A DNA stretch of 32,000 nt from Acholeplasma laidlawii PG-8A (GTDB taxonomy: Bacteria; Bacillota_I; Bacilli_A; Acholeplasmatales; Acholeplasmataceae). This document shows positions 16,742-27,376 of this stretch, one piece after another. Position 1 is the stretch's first letter. Each line of letters starts with the position of its first letter. The stretch covers positions 600,001-632,000 of the forward strand of contig NC_010163.1 of assembly GCF_000018785.1 (NCBI RefSeq), in the 5' to 3' direction. The position numbers and the translations under genes were made by a program. The notes under the pieces are model-generated. The model was not told the origin of the DNA. It saw only the letters and a list, made by a program, of their open reading frames with translations, and did not search any database.

Positions 16742-17341
16742 TTAGAAGAAGTTTTCAATGACTAAATCTTTCTTAAGTGTTGAAGCATATACACCTTTAA
16801 AGATTAGATTTTCTGCGTTAGCTTTTGTAAAGTAAAGAGGTTCTTCATTGATGAAAAAGAAGCCCCCATGGTCTTTGTTAAAATATACTTTTGAAACATA
16901 GACTTTATCGTAGTACTCAAATAACATGACACGGTTCTTTTGATTCTTTTGAGTTCTCCAGAAGAAGTCGATTTCAAGATCGCTTTTCTTATATGCGATC
17001 ATATCGTCATTTATAGTCGATATAGTTAATTGCATTGATGGCACTATCTTGTCATCTATATGTTCAAAGGTTCTAAATGTTAGAGCCTTTTCGTTTCTAT
17101 TTGAATAGGGATTTCCGATAATGTCATCCACACGGACATTATAAAAACCTGACAGTGTAATGAGATCATGAATGCTAATTTCTCTAGCGCCAGATTCGTA
17201 GTTAACATAACCTTGTCTCGATTTACCGATTATTTGTGCAACTTGAACTGTAGATAAATTATTAGCAAGTCTGAGTCTTTTTAAATTTTCACTGATGAAA
17301 AGATTATTAAAATCATCATCTGATAATAGTTGATAGTTCAT
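16742..17341 (-). CDS. CI-like repressor, XRE-family HTH with a C-terminal domain of unknown type
   Basis: LKRLRLANNLSTVQVAQIIGKSRQGYVNYESGAREISIHDLITLSGFY is a classic HTH_3. Divergent from a Cro-like gene across a 236-nt control region. Confidence 0.75.
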   Translation of the reverse strand: MNYQLLSDDDFNNLFISENLKRLRLANNLSTVQVAQIIGKSRQGYVNYESGAREISIHDLITLSGFYNVRVDDIIGNPYSNRNEKALTFRTFEHIDDKIVPSMQLTISTINDDMIAYKKSDLEIDFFWRTQKNQKNRVMLFEYYDKVYVSKVYFNKDHGGFFFINEEPLYFTKANAENLIFKGVYASTLKKDLVIENFF

Positions 17342-17577
17342 TATTCACCTCTTTAATCTTTCTATTTACATTATAGAGCAACAAATGTGGCTTGGTCAAG
17401 ATATTTGCATACAATAATTAATACAGAGTGTATCAATTATAAGCAAACATAGGAAAGTTATAACTCTCTTTGTTGCAACTCATCAAAGAAATAGATAAGT
17501 CATTTTTTGAATGTTTTTCTTTACTTATAATCATAGGCACCAGGTGAAATATGCAAGAAAGGAGTAATAACTAACAA

Positions 17578-17889
17578 ATGTATGAAGAGGATTCTATGCA
17601 CTTAAATCAAAAATCACATGTGCCACTAGTCCGTGACTATCTTAAAGTTTATCGCAACAAAATGGGTTATTCAGCTGAGTATCTATCGAGAGAACTTGAC
17701 GTTTCTGCAGTTTATTACAGGCAAATTGAAGGGGGACAAAGAGGAAAAAGGCTACCTATTGAATTAGTCATTAAATTGATTATATTGCTTCATGTGGAAC
17801 CACTAGAATTTCTAAAAGCAGAAGCCTCGTATTTAAGTTCATATGAAGAGCTGAACGGCATCAAGAAATACAAAAAAATTAGATGGTAG
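17578..17889 (+). CDS. Cro/XRE-family HTH regulator
   Basis: LKVYRNKMGYSAEYLSRELDVSAVYYRQIEGGQRG. The start may instead be ATG 17596. Confidence 0.65.
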   Translation: MYEEDSMHLNQKSHVPLVRDYLKVYRNKMGYSAEYLSRELDVSAVYYRQIEGGQRGKRLPIELVIKLIILLHVEPLEFLKAEASYLSSYEELNGIKKYKKIRW

Positions 17890-17958
17890 TATAAACGCCA
17901 TTTATCTTGTTTTTCAAAAAAACATAGAATCAAAAATTTGATACAGAAAGGTGAAAAG

Positions 17959-18891
17959 ATGTCATCAAAAGAAGGGTTTAGACAGCTTACAAAAAAGTAT
18001 CTAGATGATGCCGACGTAAGTTTGACGACTAAGCAATCCTATGAAAGGATCCTTCAGCAATTTGTCGAATATGCCAACACACTGTCTGATTTACCAACTC
18101 GCAGTGACATTATGGCTTATCGGGATCATCTTTTTAAACGCAAGCTAGAAGAAACGACCATTAAGTATCACCTGGTAGTGGTACGAAATTTCTACCGTTG
18201 GTATCACACAAACGGTCATGGAGCAAATCCATCGGAGGGGATTAAAAGTCCAAAGATTGAAAAGAAGTTTAAACGTGCGCATTTGTCTGAAAGTGAATCC
18301 AGACAGTTATTAAAACTGGCTCAAATCAATTCAGATAAAAATATCATTAAATACAGAGATTATGTTATGGTTTTACTTATGCTAACAACTGGTATGCGAA
18401 CTGTTGAAGTAGAACGTGCAGATGTTAGTGATTTAAATGTGATTGATGACGGTGAAATACTCTATGTTCATGGAAAAGGCAAAACATCGAAGAGTTCATT
18501 CGTTCGTCTCTCACCTTTAGTGAATAAAGCAATTGAAACATACATCATGAAAAGAAGCGACCAGTATGAACCATTATTTATTGACCATAAACCTAAGTAT
18601 TTAGGCCAAAGAATGAAAACCAGAAACATTAGACGTATTATCAAGGATCTACTTAGAGATATCGGATTTGATGATGATAAACACACAGCACATAGTTTAA
18701 GACATACAACTGCAACATTGGCAAGACAATATGGAGCAAACAAGGATGACACTCAAAAGATTATGCGTCATTCAGATCCTGCAACAACAGAGATTTATAT
18801 GCATGCGGAAATCAAAAGTCAGCATGTTTATGAACATGTTATTGCACAAAAGCTGCTCAATCAAGAAGAAGATGAAGACAAGAAAAACTGA
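17959..18891 (+). CDS. tyrosine recombinase (XerC/D-like phage integrase family)
   Basis: ATG 17959 after AAAGGTGA. SAM-like N-terminal domain, TGMRTVEV (Arg), HSLRHTTATL (H-x-x-R), TTEIYMH (catalytic Tyr). Confidence 0.9.
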   Translation: MSSKEGFRQLTKKYLDDADVSLTTKQSYERILQQFVEYANTLSDLPTRSDIMAYRDHLFKRKLEETTIKYHLVVVRNFYRWYHTNGHGANPSEGIKSPKIEKKFKRAHLSESESRQLLKLAQINSDKNIIKYRDYVMVLLMLTTGMRTVEVERADVSDLNVIDDGEILYVHGKGKTSKSSFVRLSPLVNKAIETYIMKRSDQYEPLFIDHKPKYLGQRMKTRNIRRIIKDLLRDIGFDDDKHTAHSLRHTTATLARQYGANKDDTQKIMRHSDPATTEIYMHAEIKSQHVYEHVIAQKLLNQEEDEDKKN

Positions 18892-18913
18892 AAAAGAAAT
18901 GAAAGGATAAATT

Positions 18914-19660
18914 ATGATCAAAGAGTTTCACAACAACCGGTATGGGAAAGTTCGAACAGCGATTATTGATGATCAACCCTGTTTTAACTTGAAAGATTTA
19001 ACCCATATTTATGGTATTAAAAATATCAACGATTTTCGCTCTAGAATTCCATCAAATGCAGTTAAAACACTTGAGGTAAAAGACTCAAACGGAGCATCTA
19101 AGAATAAGTATTTCATAATCGCTGACTATTTAAGTAGTTGTATGTTTCAATCTACCAAAACTGATGCTGAAGCAATCAGTGATTGGTTATACCGTACTGT
19201 ATTGCCAAATCTGATTAAATACCAAAAATATAAAGTCGATGAATTTAAGGATCCAGATGTGGCATTATCTTTTTTAGAGGAGTTTGAGGATTTAAGAGTT
19301 AGACACAGTGTTGTTGAAACACAGCTCAAACTCAATGCACCAAAAATTAAATATATTGATAGACTTTTAGGGACCGGAAGTGCTACTGATTTGGATATGG
19401 TTCATGAAGTCATTAAGTATCATGGACTAAAAAGTACAGAGCTCTTAAAAATACTTAGAGCTAAGCGAATCCTAGATGATTCCAATGTGCCACATCAGGA
19501 GTATTGTGATAAGAAGTATTTCAGAGTTGTTGAAGCCAAAGTTGTGAGTGAAGGAAGTACAGTCACATCACAAAGAACCTATGTATACCGAAGTGGTATT
19601 ACATTTATTGAACGCATACTAAAAGAATACCAGGGAGCAAAAGATGATAAACGAAACTAA
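18914..19660 (+). CDS. phage antirepressor (Bro-N N-terminal domain plus KilAC/ANT-like C-terminal domain)
   Basis: FHNNRYGKVRTAIIDDQPCFNLKDLTHIYG resembles Bro-N. The C-terminal part KYIDRLLGTGSATDLDMV..LLKILRAKRIL resembles KilAC. Confidence 0.7.
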   Translation: MIKEFHNNRYGKVRTAIIDDQPCFNLKDLTHIYGIKNINDFRSRIPSNAVKTLEVKDSNGASKNKYFIIADYLSSCMFQSTKTDAEAISDWLYRTVLPNLIKYQKYKVDEFKDPDVALSFLEEFEDLRVRHSVVETQLKLNAPKIKYIDRLLGTGSATDLDMVHEVIKYHGLKSTELLKILRAKRILDDSNVPHQEYCDKKYFRVVEAKVVSEGSTVTSQRTYVYRSGITFIERILKEYQGAKDDKRN

Positions 19661-19856
19661 GCGTCAAGAACCAACGCGAGATTATTACAAATTAGAAGAA
19701 GTTGCAGACATATTAAGAGTATCAAGAAGAACGTTATCAACCTATATCAAAAAAGGAAAACTACACGCATTTAAGATTGGACCAGGGTGGAGAGTATCAA
19801 AAGAAAATCTCGTAAAATTTATTGATGAGCTTCATAAAACAAGCAAAAATAAATAA
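19644..19856 (+). CDS. excisionase-family (MerR-like HTH_17) DNA-binding protein
   Basis: YYKLEEVADILRVSRRTLSTYIKKGKLHAFKIGPGWRVSKENLVKFI. 70 aa. Confidence 0.7.
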   Translation: MINETKRQEPTRDYYKLEEVADILRVSRRTLSTYIKKGKLHAFKIGPGWRVSKENLVKFIDELHKTSKNK

Positions 19857-19860
19857 TGAT

Positions 19861-19906
19861 TTATTACGCCGATAATGTGTGTATCAGGGCTATGAAAATG
19901 GAAAAT
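19861..19906 (+). repeat. copy A of a ~46-nt direct repeat (TTATTACGCCGATAATNTGTGTAT...AAAATGGAAA)
   Basis: By hand alignment 38/46 identical to 28371-28416 (first 24 nt: 23/24). Begins 5 nt after a stop codon. Confidence 0.7.
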
Positions 19907-19933
19907 GCAGGAAACAAAAGATAATGACATACA

Positions 19934-19976
19934 GAAGCATGCTACAGATAGAAAACCCGAAATAGCATGCTTTTTG
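19934..19976 (+). terminator. rho-independent terminator
   Basis: AAGCATGCTA - 18-nt loop - TAGCATGCTT followed by TTT. Confidence 0.7.
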
Positions 19977-19997
19977 TAATGCGAAAGGACTAAAATT

Positions 19998-20921
19998 ATG
20001 GCACGACCTTTTAAGATGGGACTGCAGTACTTCCCGCTTGATGTGAATTTTTTTGAAGACGAGAAGATAACGGATTTAAATTTAATGTATGGAGTCATGG
20101 GCGAGATGGTGTACATCCGCCTTTTAACCATGATTTATGCACATGGGTATTATTTAGAAATGACAACTGAGCAAGCAGCAAAAACCCTTATTAAGAGTAT
20201 TGGTAATGCCTGGGCTCCTAGTGTAAATGATATTGAGAAAATAATCCTAAGGGCAGGTTTTAACGGGCTGTTTGATAAAGAACTACTTAGTGTCGGTGTG
20301 TTCACTTCAAAAGCGATACAGCGGCAGTTTACGCTTTCTACAAGGCGAAGACGTGGGATTGAACATCAAAAGTATTGGTTATTAGATCAAAATACAATGC
20401 TTGAATTAAATAATTTCTATAAAAAAACGCCACAAGTTAATGTTGACAATAACAGTAGTTCAACCGCAGTTATTGATAACGATAATCATACTTCAAATGA
20501 GGTTATTGATAGCAATAATGACACTTCAACTAAGGTTATTGAATACAAAAGTACACAAAAAGAAAAAGAAAAGAAAAAAGAAAGAGATAAAGAGGATAAA
20601 AAGGATAAAGGGGTATATTCACTTCCTAATTATCATTACATCACAAAAGCAATTATAAGAAGCCAATACATAGAGGGTGGAACTTTAGAAGTCGGTAAAT
20701 ACAATAAGCTCTTTGATGAAGCAGTGTCAATTTATGGATTTGATGATGTCTTAGCAGCAACAGACTATATTGTTAGTTATTCAAAACGAGCTGAAATTGC
20801 CATTGATGATAAGTTTAGCTTTATGCGTAAGTCTTTAATGAATAATCTCGAGATGTTCCAGCGAAGAAGGGAGAATAGCCATGAATCAATCGAAGACTGG
20901 TTTAAACGACTCGTTTTATAA
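19998..20921 (+). CDS. phage replication initiation protein (Lin1244/DUF4373-like N-terminus, DnaD-like C-terminus)
   Basis: MARPFKMGLQYFPLDVNFFEDEKI..MGEMVYIRLLTMIY is the characteristic N-terminal domain. Low-complexity linker, then a C-terminal helical domain. Confidence 0.65.
   Translation: MARPFKMGLQYFPLDVNFFEDEKITDLNLMYGVMGEMVYIRLLTMIYAHGYYLEMTTEQAAKTLIKSIGNAWAPSVNDIEKIILRAGFNGLFDKELLSVGVFTSKAIQRQFTLSTRRRRGIEHQKYWLLDQNTMLELNNFYKKTPQVNVDNNSSSTAVIDNDNHTSNEVIDSNNDTSTKVIEYKSTQKEKEKKKERDKEDKKDKGVYSLPNYHYITKAIIRSQYIEGGTLEVGKYNKLFDEAVSIYGFDDVLAATDYIVSYSKRAEIAIDDKFSFMRKSLMNNLEMFQRRRENSHESIEDWFKRLVL
20469..20545 (+). repeat. 33-nt tandem repeat (2.3 units) inside the replication gene linker
   Basis: GTTATTGATAACGATAATCATACTTCAAATGAG / GTTATTGATAGCAATAATGACACTTCAACTAAG / GTTATTGAATAC..., encoding VIDNDNHTSNE-VIDSNNDTSTK-VIEY. 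Followed by a KE-rich tract. Confidence 0.8.
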
Positions 20922-21327
20922 ATGGATAGATCAAGTAAGGCGATCTAAAAGTAAACTCCCTGAGTTACATGAAAAACTTGATTATTACAAAGTTAAACTC
21001 ATAGGATATCATGGTATCTCATACGATCAAATTGGATCAGGTACTTCAGATAAGAAGGGTGATGAGAATCTTCTTTATTGGATAGATAAGATTAATCAGG
21101 TTGAAGATGAAATAAACAAAACTAATGAAGTAATCATGAAATATCAAGATTTTAAGCACTTACTTAAAGAGGAGCAAAAGATTATTCTTGATTCACAAAT
21201 AGATAGAAGTAATGTGTTAGTAATTCTTAAAGAATTAGGGCTAAAAAGGAGTTCATATAATCAAAAAAAGGAAGAAGTCATTAGATTGTGGTTGGTTTAT
21301 AATAATAAAGGGTTTTCTCAAAACTGA
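20881..21327 (+). CDS. hypothetical 148-aa phage protein (possibly ArpU/RinA-like late regulator, weak)
   Basis: AAGGGAG RBS. The C-terminal LLKEEQKIILDS..LGLKRSSYNQKKEEVIRLW resembles a sigma region 4-like HTH. Assignment is tentative. Confidence 0.35.
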   Translation: MNQSKTGLNDSFYKWIDQVRRSKSKLPELHEKLDYYKVKLIGYHGISYDQIGSGTSDKKGDENLLYWIDKINQVEDEINKTNEVIMKYQDFKHLLKEEQKIILDSQIDRSNVLVILKELGLKRSSYNQKKEEVIRLWLVYNNKGFSQN

Positions 21328-21422
21328 CACAAGATAGCCTTTAATTGCAATAAGATGTCGTTTTTTGCATATAAATAGTGTATAATATTTAAAATAGAAC
21401 ATTTAATGAATGGGGAGAAAAT

Positions 21423-22910
21423 ATGGCTGATTTACAATTAGGATTCGAAGATAAGCTATGGCAAATGGCTGATAAGCTTAGAGGTAATATCGAATCATCA
21501 GAATATAAGCACGTGATATTAGGTCTTGTGTTCCTTAAATACATTTCAGATTCATTTACAGAACGTTATGAAGAAATAAAAGCAAATTATCCAGGTATGG
21601 AAGAAGATAGAGATGCATATGAATCAGAAAATGTGTTTTTCGTACCTAAAGATGCTAGATGGGAATATATCAAATCTCAAGCGAAACAATCAACCATCGG
21701 ACAGATTATTGATAATGCAATGGTTCAAATAGAAAAAGAAAATGCATCACTAAAAGGTGTATTACCTAAAAACTATGCAAGACCAGAACTAGATAAGACT
21801 CGACTAGGTGAACTTATTGATCTATTCTCATTTAATGTAGGGTCTAAAGAAGCAAGAGCAAAAGATGTACTTGGAAGAGTCTATGAGTATTTTCTTAAAA
21901 AGTTTGGAACAACTGAAGGTGAATTCTATACACCACCAGCAATTGTAAAATTACTTGTAAACATGATTGAACCATATAACGGTAGAGTTTATGACCCTTG
22001 TTGTGGTTCTGGAGGTATGTTTGTACAATCCGCTAAATTCGTTGAAGAACATGCTGGTAAAATTGGGAATATTTCTATCTATGGCCAAGAATATGTTGCA
22101 ACCACATGGCGTTTAGCAAAGATGAATCTAGCTATTCGAGGAATTGATGCAAACCTTGGTGAAAGAGATGGGGATACTTTTACTAACGATCAACACAAAA
22201 CATTAAGAGCTGATTATATCCTTGCAAACCCACCATTTAACATTAAAGATTGGGGACAACAGCACTTAATCGGAGATAGTAGATGGCAATGGGGAACACC
22301 TCCGGCGACTAATGCTAACTACGCTTGGATATCACATATGATTTCAAAACTAAGCCCAAGAGGTATTGCGGGTTTTGTTTTAGCAAATGGATCATTATCT
22401 ACTTCAAGAAGTGAAGAATATGAAATTAGAAAAAAGATACTTGAAGAAGGATTAGTTGATTGTATCGTAGCAATGCCATCACAACTTTTCTATGATGTAT
22501 CAATTCCAGTATCATTATGGTTTGTTTCAAAAAATAAAAATGGTAGAAAAGATAAAGTCTTATTCATTGATGCTCGTAAGATGGGGTATATGGAAACCAG
22601 AAAGCATAGAGAACTTACTGATGAAGAAAGTGAGAAGATCTATTCAACCTACCATGCATGGAGAGATGATAAGGATTATCAAGATATTGATGGGTTCTGT
22701 AAATCTGCAACACTTGAAGAAATTAGATCACATGATTATGTTTTAACACCAGGTAGATATGTTGGTATAGAAGAAGTTGAAGATGATGGTATTCCATTTG
22801 AAGAAAAGATGGAAAAACTGACTTTAGAATTATCTGAGTTATTTGAAGAATCTAAATCTCTTGAGGAAAAGATCAAAGAGAACTTAAGAGGTATCGGGTA
22901 TGAGCTTTGA
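21423..22910 (+). CDS. hsdM: type I restriction-modification system, DNA methyltransferase subunit M
   Basis: N-terminal HsdM domain [10 protein letters not shown]. Motif [10 protein letters not shown], motif IV LANPPFN. Confidence 0.95.
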   Translation: MADLQLGFEDKLWQMADKLRGNIESSEYKHVILGLVFLKYISDSFTERYEEIKANYPGMEEDRDAYESENVFFVPKDARWEYIKSQAKQSTIGQIIDNAMVQIEKENASLKGVLPKNYARPELDKTRLGELIDLFSFNVGSKEARAKDVLGRVYEYFLKKFGTTEGEFYTPPAIVKLLVNMIEPYNGRVYDPCCGSGGMFVQSAKFVEEHAGKIGNISIYGQEYVATTWRLAKMNLAIRGIDANLGERDGDTFTNDQHKTLRADYILANPPFNIKDWGQQHLIGDSRWQWGTPPATNANYAWISHMISKLSPRGIAGFVLANGSLSTSRSEEYEIRKKILEEGLVDCIVAMPSQLFYDVSIPVSLWFVSKNKNGRKDKVLFIDARKMGYMETRKHRELTDEESEKIYSTYHAWRDDKDYQDIDGFCKSATLEEIRSHDYVLTPGRYVGIEEVEDDGIPFEEKMEKLTLELSELFEESKSLEEKIKENLRGIGYEL

Positions 22911-24159
22911 TCAATGGAGTAAAGTCAATTTGGTGGATTGTCTCGACAAATTGATTGATTATAGAGGTAAAACACCAGCAAAATCAGAAAAAGGGATATT
23001 AACGTTAAGTGCAAAATCAGTTAAAAACAGTAACATAGATTACAGTGAGGCATACACTATTTCAGAAGATGAATATAAAAAGTTTATGGTTAGAGGAATT
23101 CCCGTCAAAGGGGATATTCTAATAACAACTGAAGCACCAATGGGACAGGTTGCAAAACTAGATAGAGATGGAGTAGCAGTTGCACAAAGATTGTTGACAT
23201 TAAGACCAAATCCCAAGATTCTAGACAATGATTATTTGTTATATTATTTGCAATCACCTATAGGACAAGCAGAACTTAAGGCTAGAGAAAGTGGGTCAAC
23301 AGTAACTGGTATTAAGCAGGCAGAGTTTAGAAAGATTAACATTATTCTTCCTCCACTTAGTGAACAAAAAGTAATAGCAAACATCCTCTCATCTCTTGAT
23401 GACAAAATAGAACTCAACAACAAAATCAATAAAAACCTTGAAGAATTAGCACAAACACTCTACAAGAGATGGTTTGTGGATTTTGATTTTCCTAATGAAG
23501 AGGGAGAATCCTACAAATCCAGCGGTGGGGAAATGGTTGAAAGTGAATTAGGATTGATTCCTAAAGGATGGAAAGTGGAATCAATTGGACGAAGCTCAAT
23601 CTCAAAACTTATTAGTTCAGGTATTAATGAATTTAATGGGACAAAAAAATATATTGCAACAGCGGATGTTACAAACCTTTCAATAAGATCATTCGTTACT
23701 GAGATAGATTTCAAGAAGCGACCATCTAGAGCTAACATGCAGCCCATAGCTGGGAGTCTATGGTTTGCAAAAATGAAGGATTCAAGAAAAATGATTAGAG
23801 TATCTAAGAGTAGTAGTTATCTAATCGATAAGTGTATTTTCTCAACGGGTTTCGCAGGATTATTCGCTCCGAAATATTCAAATTACATTTGGACAATTTT
23901 AACTACTAAAGATTTTGATGATACAAAAAATAATCTATGCAATGGAACAACAATGCAAGCAATAAATAATGAGAATATTAATAGGATCAGAATTCTAATT
24001 CCTGATAACAAAACACTTGACTTATTTGAAAGTGTATCAGAACCTATTTTTGAGAAAATACAGTTTAATGAAATCGAAAGTAATAAATTGTCAAAGATTC
24101 GTGATGAATTACTACCCAAACTAATGAATGGTGAAATCGAAGTACCAATTGAGGAGTGA
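22900..24159 (+). CDS. hsdS: type I restriction-modification system, specificity subunit S
   Basis: Two target-recognition domains separated by the conserved helices [24 protein letters not shown] and [17 protein letters not shown]. Overlaps the hsdM stop. Confidence 0.9.
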   Translation: MSFDQWSKVNLVDCLDKLIDYRGKTPAKSEKGILTLSAKSVKNSNIDYSEAYTISEDEYKKFMVRGIPVKGDILITTEAPMGQVAKLDRDGVAVAQRLLTLRPNPKILDNDYLLYYLQSPIGQAELKARESGSTVTGIKQAEFRKINIILPPLSEQKVIANILSSLDDKIELNNKINKNLEELAQTLYKRWFVDFDFPNEEGESYKSSGGEMVESELGLIPKGWKVESIGRSSISKLISSGINEFNGTKKYIATADVTNLSIRSFVTEIDFKKRPSRANMQPIAGSLWFAKMKDSRKMIRVSKSSSYLIDKCIFSTGFAGLFAPKYSNYIWTILTTKDFDDTKNNLCNGTTMQAINNENINRIRILIPDNKTLDLFESVSEPIFEKIQFNEIESNKLSKIRDELLPKLMNGEIEVPIEE

Positions 24160-24163
24160 TGTT

Positions 24164-27100
24164 ATGGCTGTTAAAGTATTCTTTGAATCTGATGTAGAAG
24201 AAGCTACATTAGAATGGTTTCAGGAACTAGGATATCAAACTGAGTTTGGTCCTAATATTGCTCCTGAAGGACCATATCCAGAAAGAGCATCCTACACTGA
24301 TGTCATATTGATTGAGCGATTAAAAGAATCGCTTTTTCGCTTGAATAAATCACTTCCTAAATCAGCTATTGAAGATGCTATAAGACAAATAACGATTCCA
24401 AAACAAATAGCTCTTATTGAAAATAATAGAACTTTTCATAAGATGATCACTGATGGTGTTGATGTTTCATATCACGATCAAACTGGAAGACTGGTACACT
24501 CTCAAGTTAGAATCTTTGATTTCAATGAACCTACAAATAACGACTATTTAGTTGTTAATCAATTTACTGTTGTTGAAAGTAGAGTTGAAAAAAGACCAGA
24601 CGTTGTTGTTTTTGTCAATGGACTACCTTTAGTAGTATTTGAACTGAAAACAGCATCCGATGAAAACGTATCAATTAAATCCGCTTTTAGACAAGTTAAA
24701 AACTACCAACAGTCAATTAGTAGTTTATTTGTCTATAATTCGTTTAACGTCATTAGTGATGGCTTACATGCTAAAGCAGGTACGATTACATCCGATGAAG
24801 ATCGCTTTATGACTTGGCGTACAACAGATGGTAAAGAAATCGCACCAACAACGATCCCTCAACTAGAAACACTGATTAAAGGTATGTTTGATAAGAAGCG
24901 ATTCTTAGATATCATTAAGCAATACGTTTTATTCCAAAAACATGAATCAGGTTATATTAAAATTCTTGCTGGGTATCACCAATATCACGCAGTTAATACT
25001 GCGTTAGAGAAAACCTATGAAGCTACATCTGCACATGGTGATAGACGTATTGGGGTCATATGGCATACCCAAGGTAGTGGTAAATCACTTTCGATGGTTT
25101 TTTATGCAGGAAAACTGGTTATCTCACAAGAGCTATCTAATCCAACTATTGTTATTATCACAGATAGAAATGACCTAGACGATCAACTATTTCTAACGTT
25201 CTCTAAATCGAGTGATTTATTAAGAAGTATTCCAGATCAAGCAGCATCAAGAGAACATTTAAAAGAGTTACTAAATGGTAGAGACTCAGGTGGCATTATT
25301 TTTACTACGATCCAAAAGTTTTCACCTGATGATAATGGAAATGTAACGGCATTAACCAATAGAAAAAATGTCATCGTCTTAGCTGATGAAGCACATCGAA
25401 GCCAATATGGATTTAGTGCTAAAGTTGTTAAATCTCAAGATGAAGCTTTTGAAAAATATGGTTATGCAAAATACCTAAGAGATTCATTACCCAATGCATC
25501 ATACATTGGTTTTACGGGTACACCCATTGAAACCACAGATAAGAATACAAGAGCTGTTTTTGGTGATTATATCGATATTTACGATATGTCACGAGCAGTT
25601 GAAGATAAAACAACCGTTAAGATATTTTATGAAAGTAGAATTGCTCAAATCGACTTTACAGAAGAATATGATTTGATTGATGAAAACTATGATGAAATCA
25701 CAGAATATCAAGAAGAAACCCAAAAAGAAGGATTAAAACGCAAGTGGGCAAGACTTGAAGCAATTGTTGGATCAGAGTCAAGAATCAAGACAGTTGCTAA
25801 AGATATAGTTGAACACTTCGAAAAAAGACAAGCAACCATGGAAACGCCAGTCGGTAAAGCTATGATTGTTGCGATGTCAAGAAGAATAGCAGTTGAACTC
25901 TATGAAGCCATTGTTAAACTAAGACCAGAGTGGCATTCAGATGATGTCTTAAAAGGGAAAATCAAAGTAGTTATGACTGGATCATCAAGTGATCCTGAAT
26001 CATGGCAAAAACATATAGGCACTAAGCAAACAAGAGAAACACTATCAGAAAGAATGAAAGATAATAATGATGAGCTTGAATTAGTCATTGTTAGAGATAT
26101 GTGGTTAACTGGATTTGATGTCCCAAGTATGCATACCATGTATGTCGATAAACCAATGCAGGGACACAACCTCATGCAAGCCATCGCAAGAGTTAACCGA
26201 GTATTCAAAGAGAAACAAGGCGGACTTGTTGTTGACTATATTGGTATAGCTGACCGATTAAAGAAAGCATTAATGCAATATACAGATAATGATAGAGAAC
26301 AAGTAGGTGTAGATACTGCGCTTGCAGTATCAGTCATGTTAGAAAAGTTAGATATTGTAAGAGATATTTTGCATCAACATGATTATTCAAAATACTTTGG
26401 TGATCGGTATAGTGAAAAACTCCAAGTGATTATGGAGACAATTGATTTTGTTATCGGATTAAGAGAAGAAAGAAAAAATGACTTCTTAAAATTTGTTTCA
26501 GAGCTTTCTAAAGCCTATTCACTATGTTCAACTACAGAAGAAGCAGAAAAACACAATGTTGAAATTGGGTTCTTTAAGTCTGTAAGGGCAGGTATTATTA
26601 AACTATCAACTGATACAAGTAAAAAGAAATCTGTCGATCAACTAGATTCAGAACTCAATCAACTGATTTCTAAATCACTTAAATCAGATAAAGTGATTGA
26701 CATCATGGCAGAAATCGGATTATCAAAACCAGATATCTCAATCCTTTCTGACGAGTTCTTAGAAGAATTTAATAAGATGAATCATAAGAATGTTGCCATT
26801 GAACTGTTAAAGCGTCTCATTAAAGGTAAACTTAAAATGATTGCTAGAAAGACGATTGTTCAATCTAGACAGTTTTCAGAACTTTTAGAAGATGCTCTTG
26901 CTAAATATCAAGCTAGATTAATAGATTCTACCGTTGTTATTCAAGAACTAATAGAACTAGCAAAAGATATTACAAAAGCTGCAGAATCAGGAAAAGAGTC
27001 TGGTTTAACTGAGGATGAGTTTGCATTCTATGAAGCATTGTCATCAAACATGACAGCAAAAGAAGTCATGGGAACAGATATCTTAAAAGAAATTGCTAAA

Positions 27101-27307
27101 GAGCTAACTAAAAAGATAAAATCAAGTACTACAATTGATTGGAATATCAGAGATTCTGTAAGAGCAAAGATTAGATTTGAAATCAAAGTCTTACTAAAGA
27201 AATATAACTATCCACCAGATGATCCAAAGGATCCAAATAACTATGATAAATCAGTCCAATTGATAATGGAACAAACTGAACTTGTTTGTGAAAATGAATC
27301 TAGATAG
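24164..27307 (+). CDS. hsdR: type I restriction enzyme, endonuclease/translocase subunit R
   Basis: GAGGAG RBS before ATG 24164. N-terminal nuclease region ([15 protein letters not shown]), helicase motifs [28 protein letters not shown]. Confidence 0.95.
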   Translation: MAVKVFFESDVEEATLEWFQELGYQTEFGPNIAPEGPYPERASYTDVILIERLKESLFRLNKSLPKSAIEDAIRQITIPKQIALIENNRTFHKMITDGVDVSYHDQTGRLVHSQVRIFDFNEPTNNDYLVVNQFTVVESRVEKRPDVVVFVNGLPLVVFELKTASDENVSIKSAFRQVKNYQQSISSLFVYNSFNVISDGLHAKAGTITSDEDRFMTWRTTDGKEIAPTTIPQLETLIKGMFDKKRFLDIIKQYVLFQKHESGYIKILAGYHQYHAVNTALEKTYEATSAHGDRRIGVIWHTQGSGKSLSMVFYAGKLVISQELSNPTIVIITDRNDLDDQLFLTFSKSSDLLRSIPDQAASREHLKELLNGRDSGGIIFTTIQKFSPDDNGNVTALTNRKNVIVLADEAHRSQYGFSAKVVKSQDEAFEKYGYAKYLRDSLPNASYIGFTGTPIETTDKNTRAVFGDYIDIYDMSRAVEDKTTVKIFYESRIAQIDFTEEYDLIDENYDEITEYQEETQKEGLKRKWARLEAIVGSESRIKTVAKDIVEHFEKRQATMETPVGKAMIVAMSRRIAVELYEAIVKLRPEWHSDDVLKGKIKVVMTGSSSDPESWQKHIGTKQTRETLSERMKDNNDELELVIVRDMWLTGFDVPSMHTMYVDKPMQGHNLMQAIARVNRVFKEKQGGLVVDYIGIADRLKKALMQYTDNDREQVGVDTALAVSVMLEKLDIVRDILHQHDYSKYFGDRYSEKLQVIMETIDFVIGLREERKNDFLKFVSELSKAYSLCSTTEEAEKHNVEIGFFKSVRAGIIKLSTDTSKKKSVDQLDSELNQLISKSLKSDKVIDIMAEIGLSKPDISILSDEFLEEFNKMNHKNVAIELLKRLIKGKLKMIARKTIVQSRQFSELLEDALAKYQARLIDSTVVIQELIELAKDITKAAESGKESGLTEDEFAFYEALSSNMTAKEVMGTDILKEIAKELTKKIKSSTTIDWNIRDSVRAKIRFEIKVLLKKYNYPPDDPKDPNNYDKSVQLIMEQTELVCENESR

Positions 27308-27376
27308 TATAAACTTGCAAGGAAGCATTAAACAAACCAGCAAACAATATATCCAAGGTATTTTTAGGAGGGCTTT

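Noticed and set aside
18468-20658. ORFs 18468-18752(-), 19147-19335(-), 19832-20131(-) and 20440-20658(+), overlapping the recombinase, antirepressor and replication genes
   Set aside because: All are nested or antisense frames. 20440-20658 is simply the alternative frame of the 33-nt repeat and KE-rich tract.
17959-24159. Phase-variable (shufflon-type) type I R-M driven by the nearby tyrosine recombinase
   Set aside because: Such loci need extra silent or partial hsdS copies with inverted repeats. I see only one hsdS, no hsdS fragments on either strand, and no inverted repeats inside it.
22492-26208. Nested or antisense ORFs in hsdM/hsdS/hsdR (22492-22746, 23040-23228, 23244-23429, 23511-23747, 23883-24119, 25494-25676, 25900-26208)
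   Set aside because: The three hsd genes are complete with canonical motifs. The overlapping frames have no start context or motifs.
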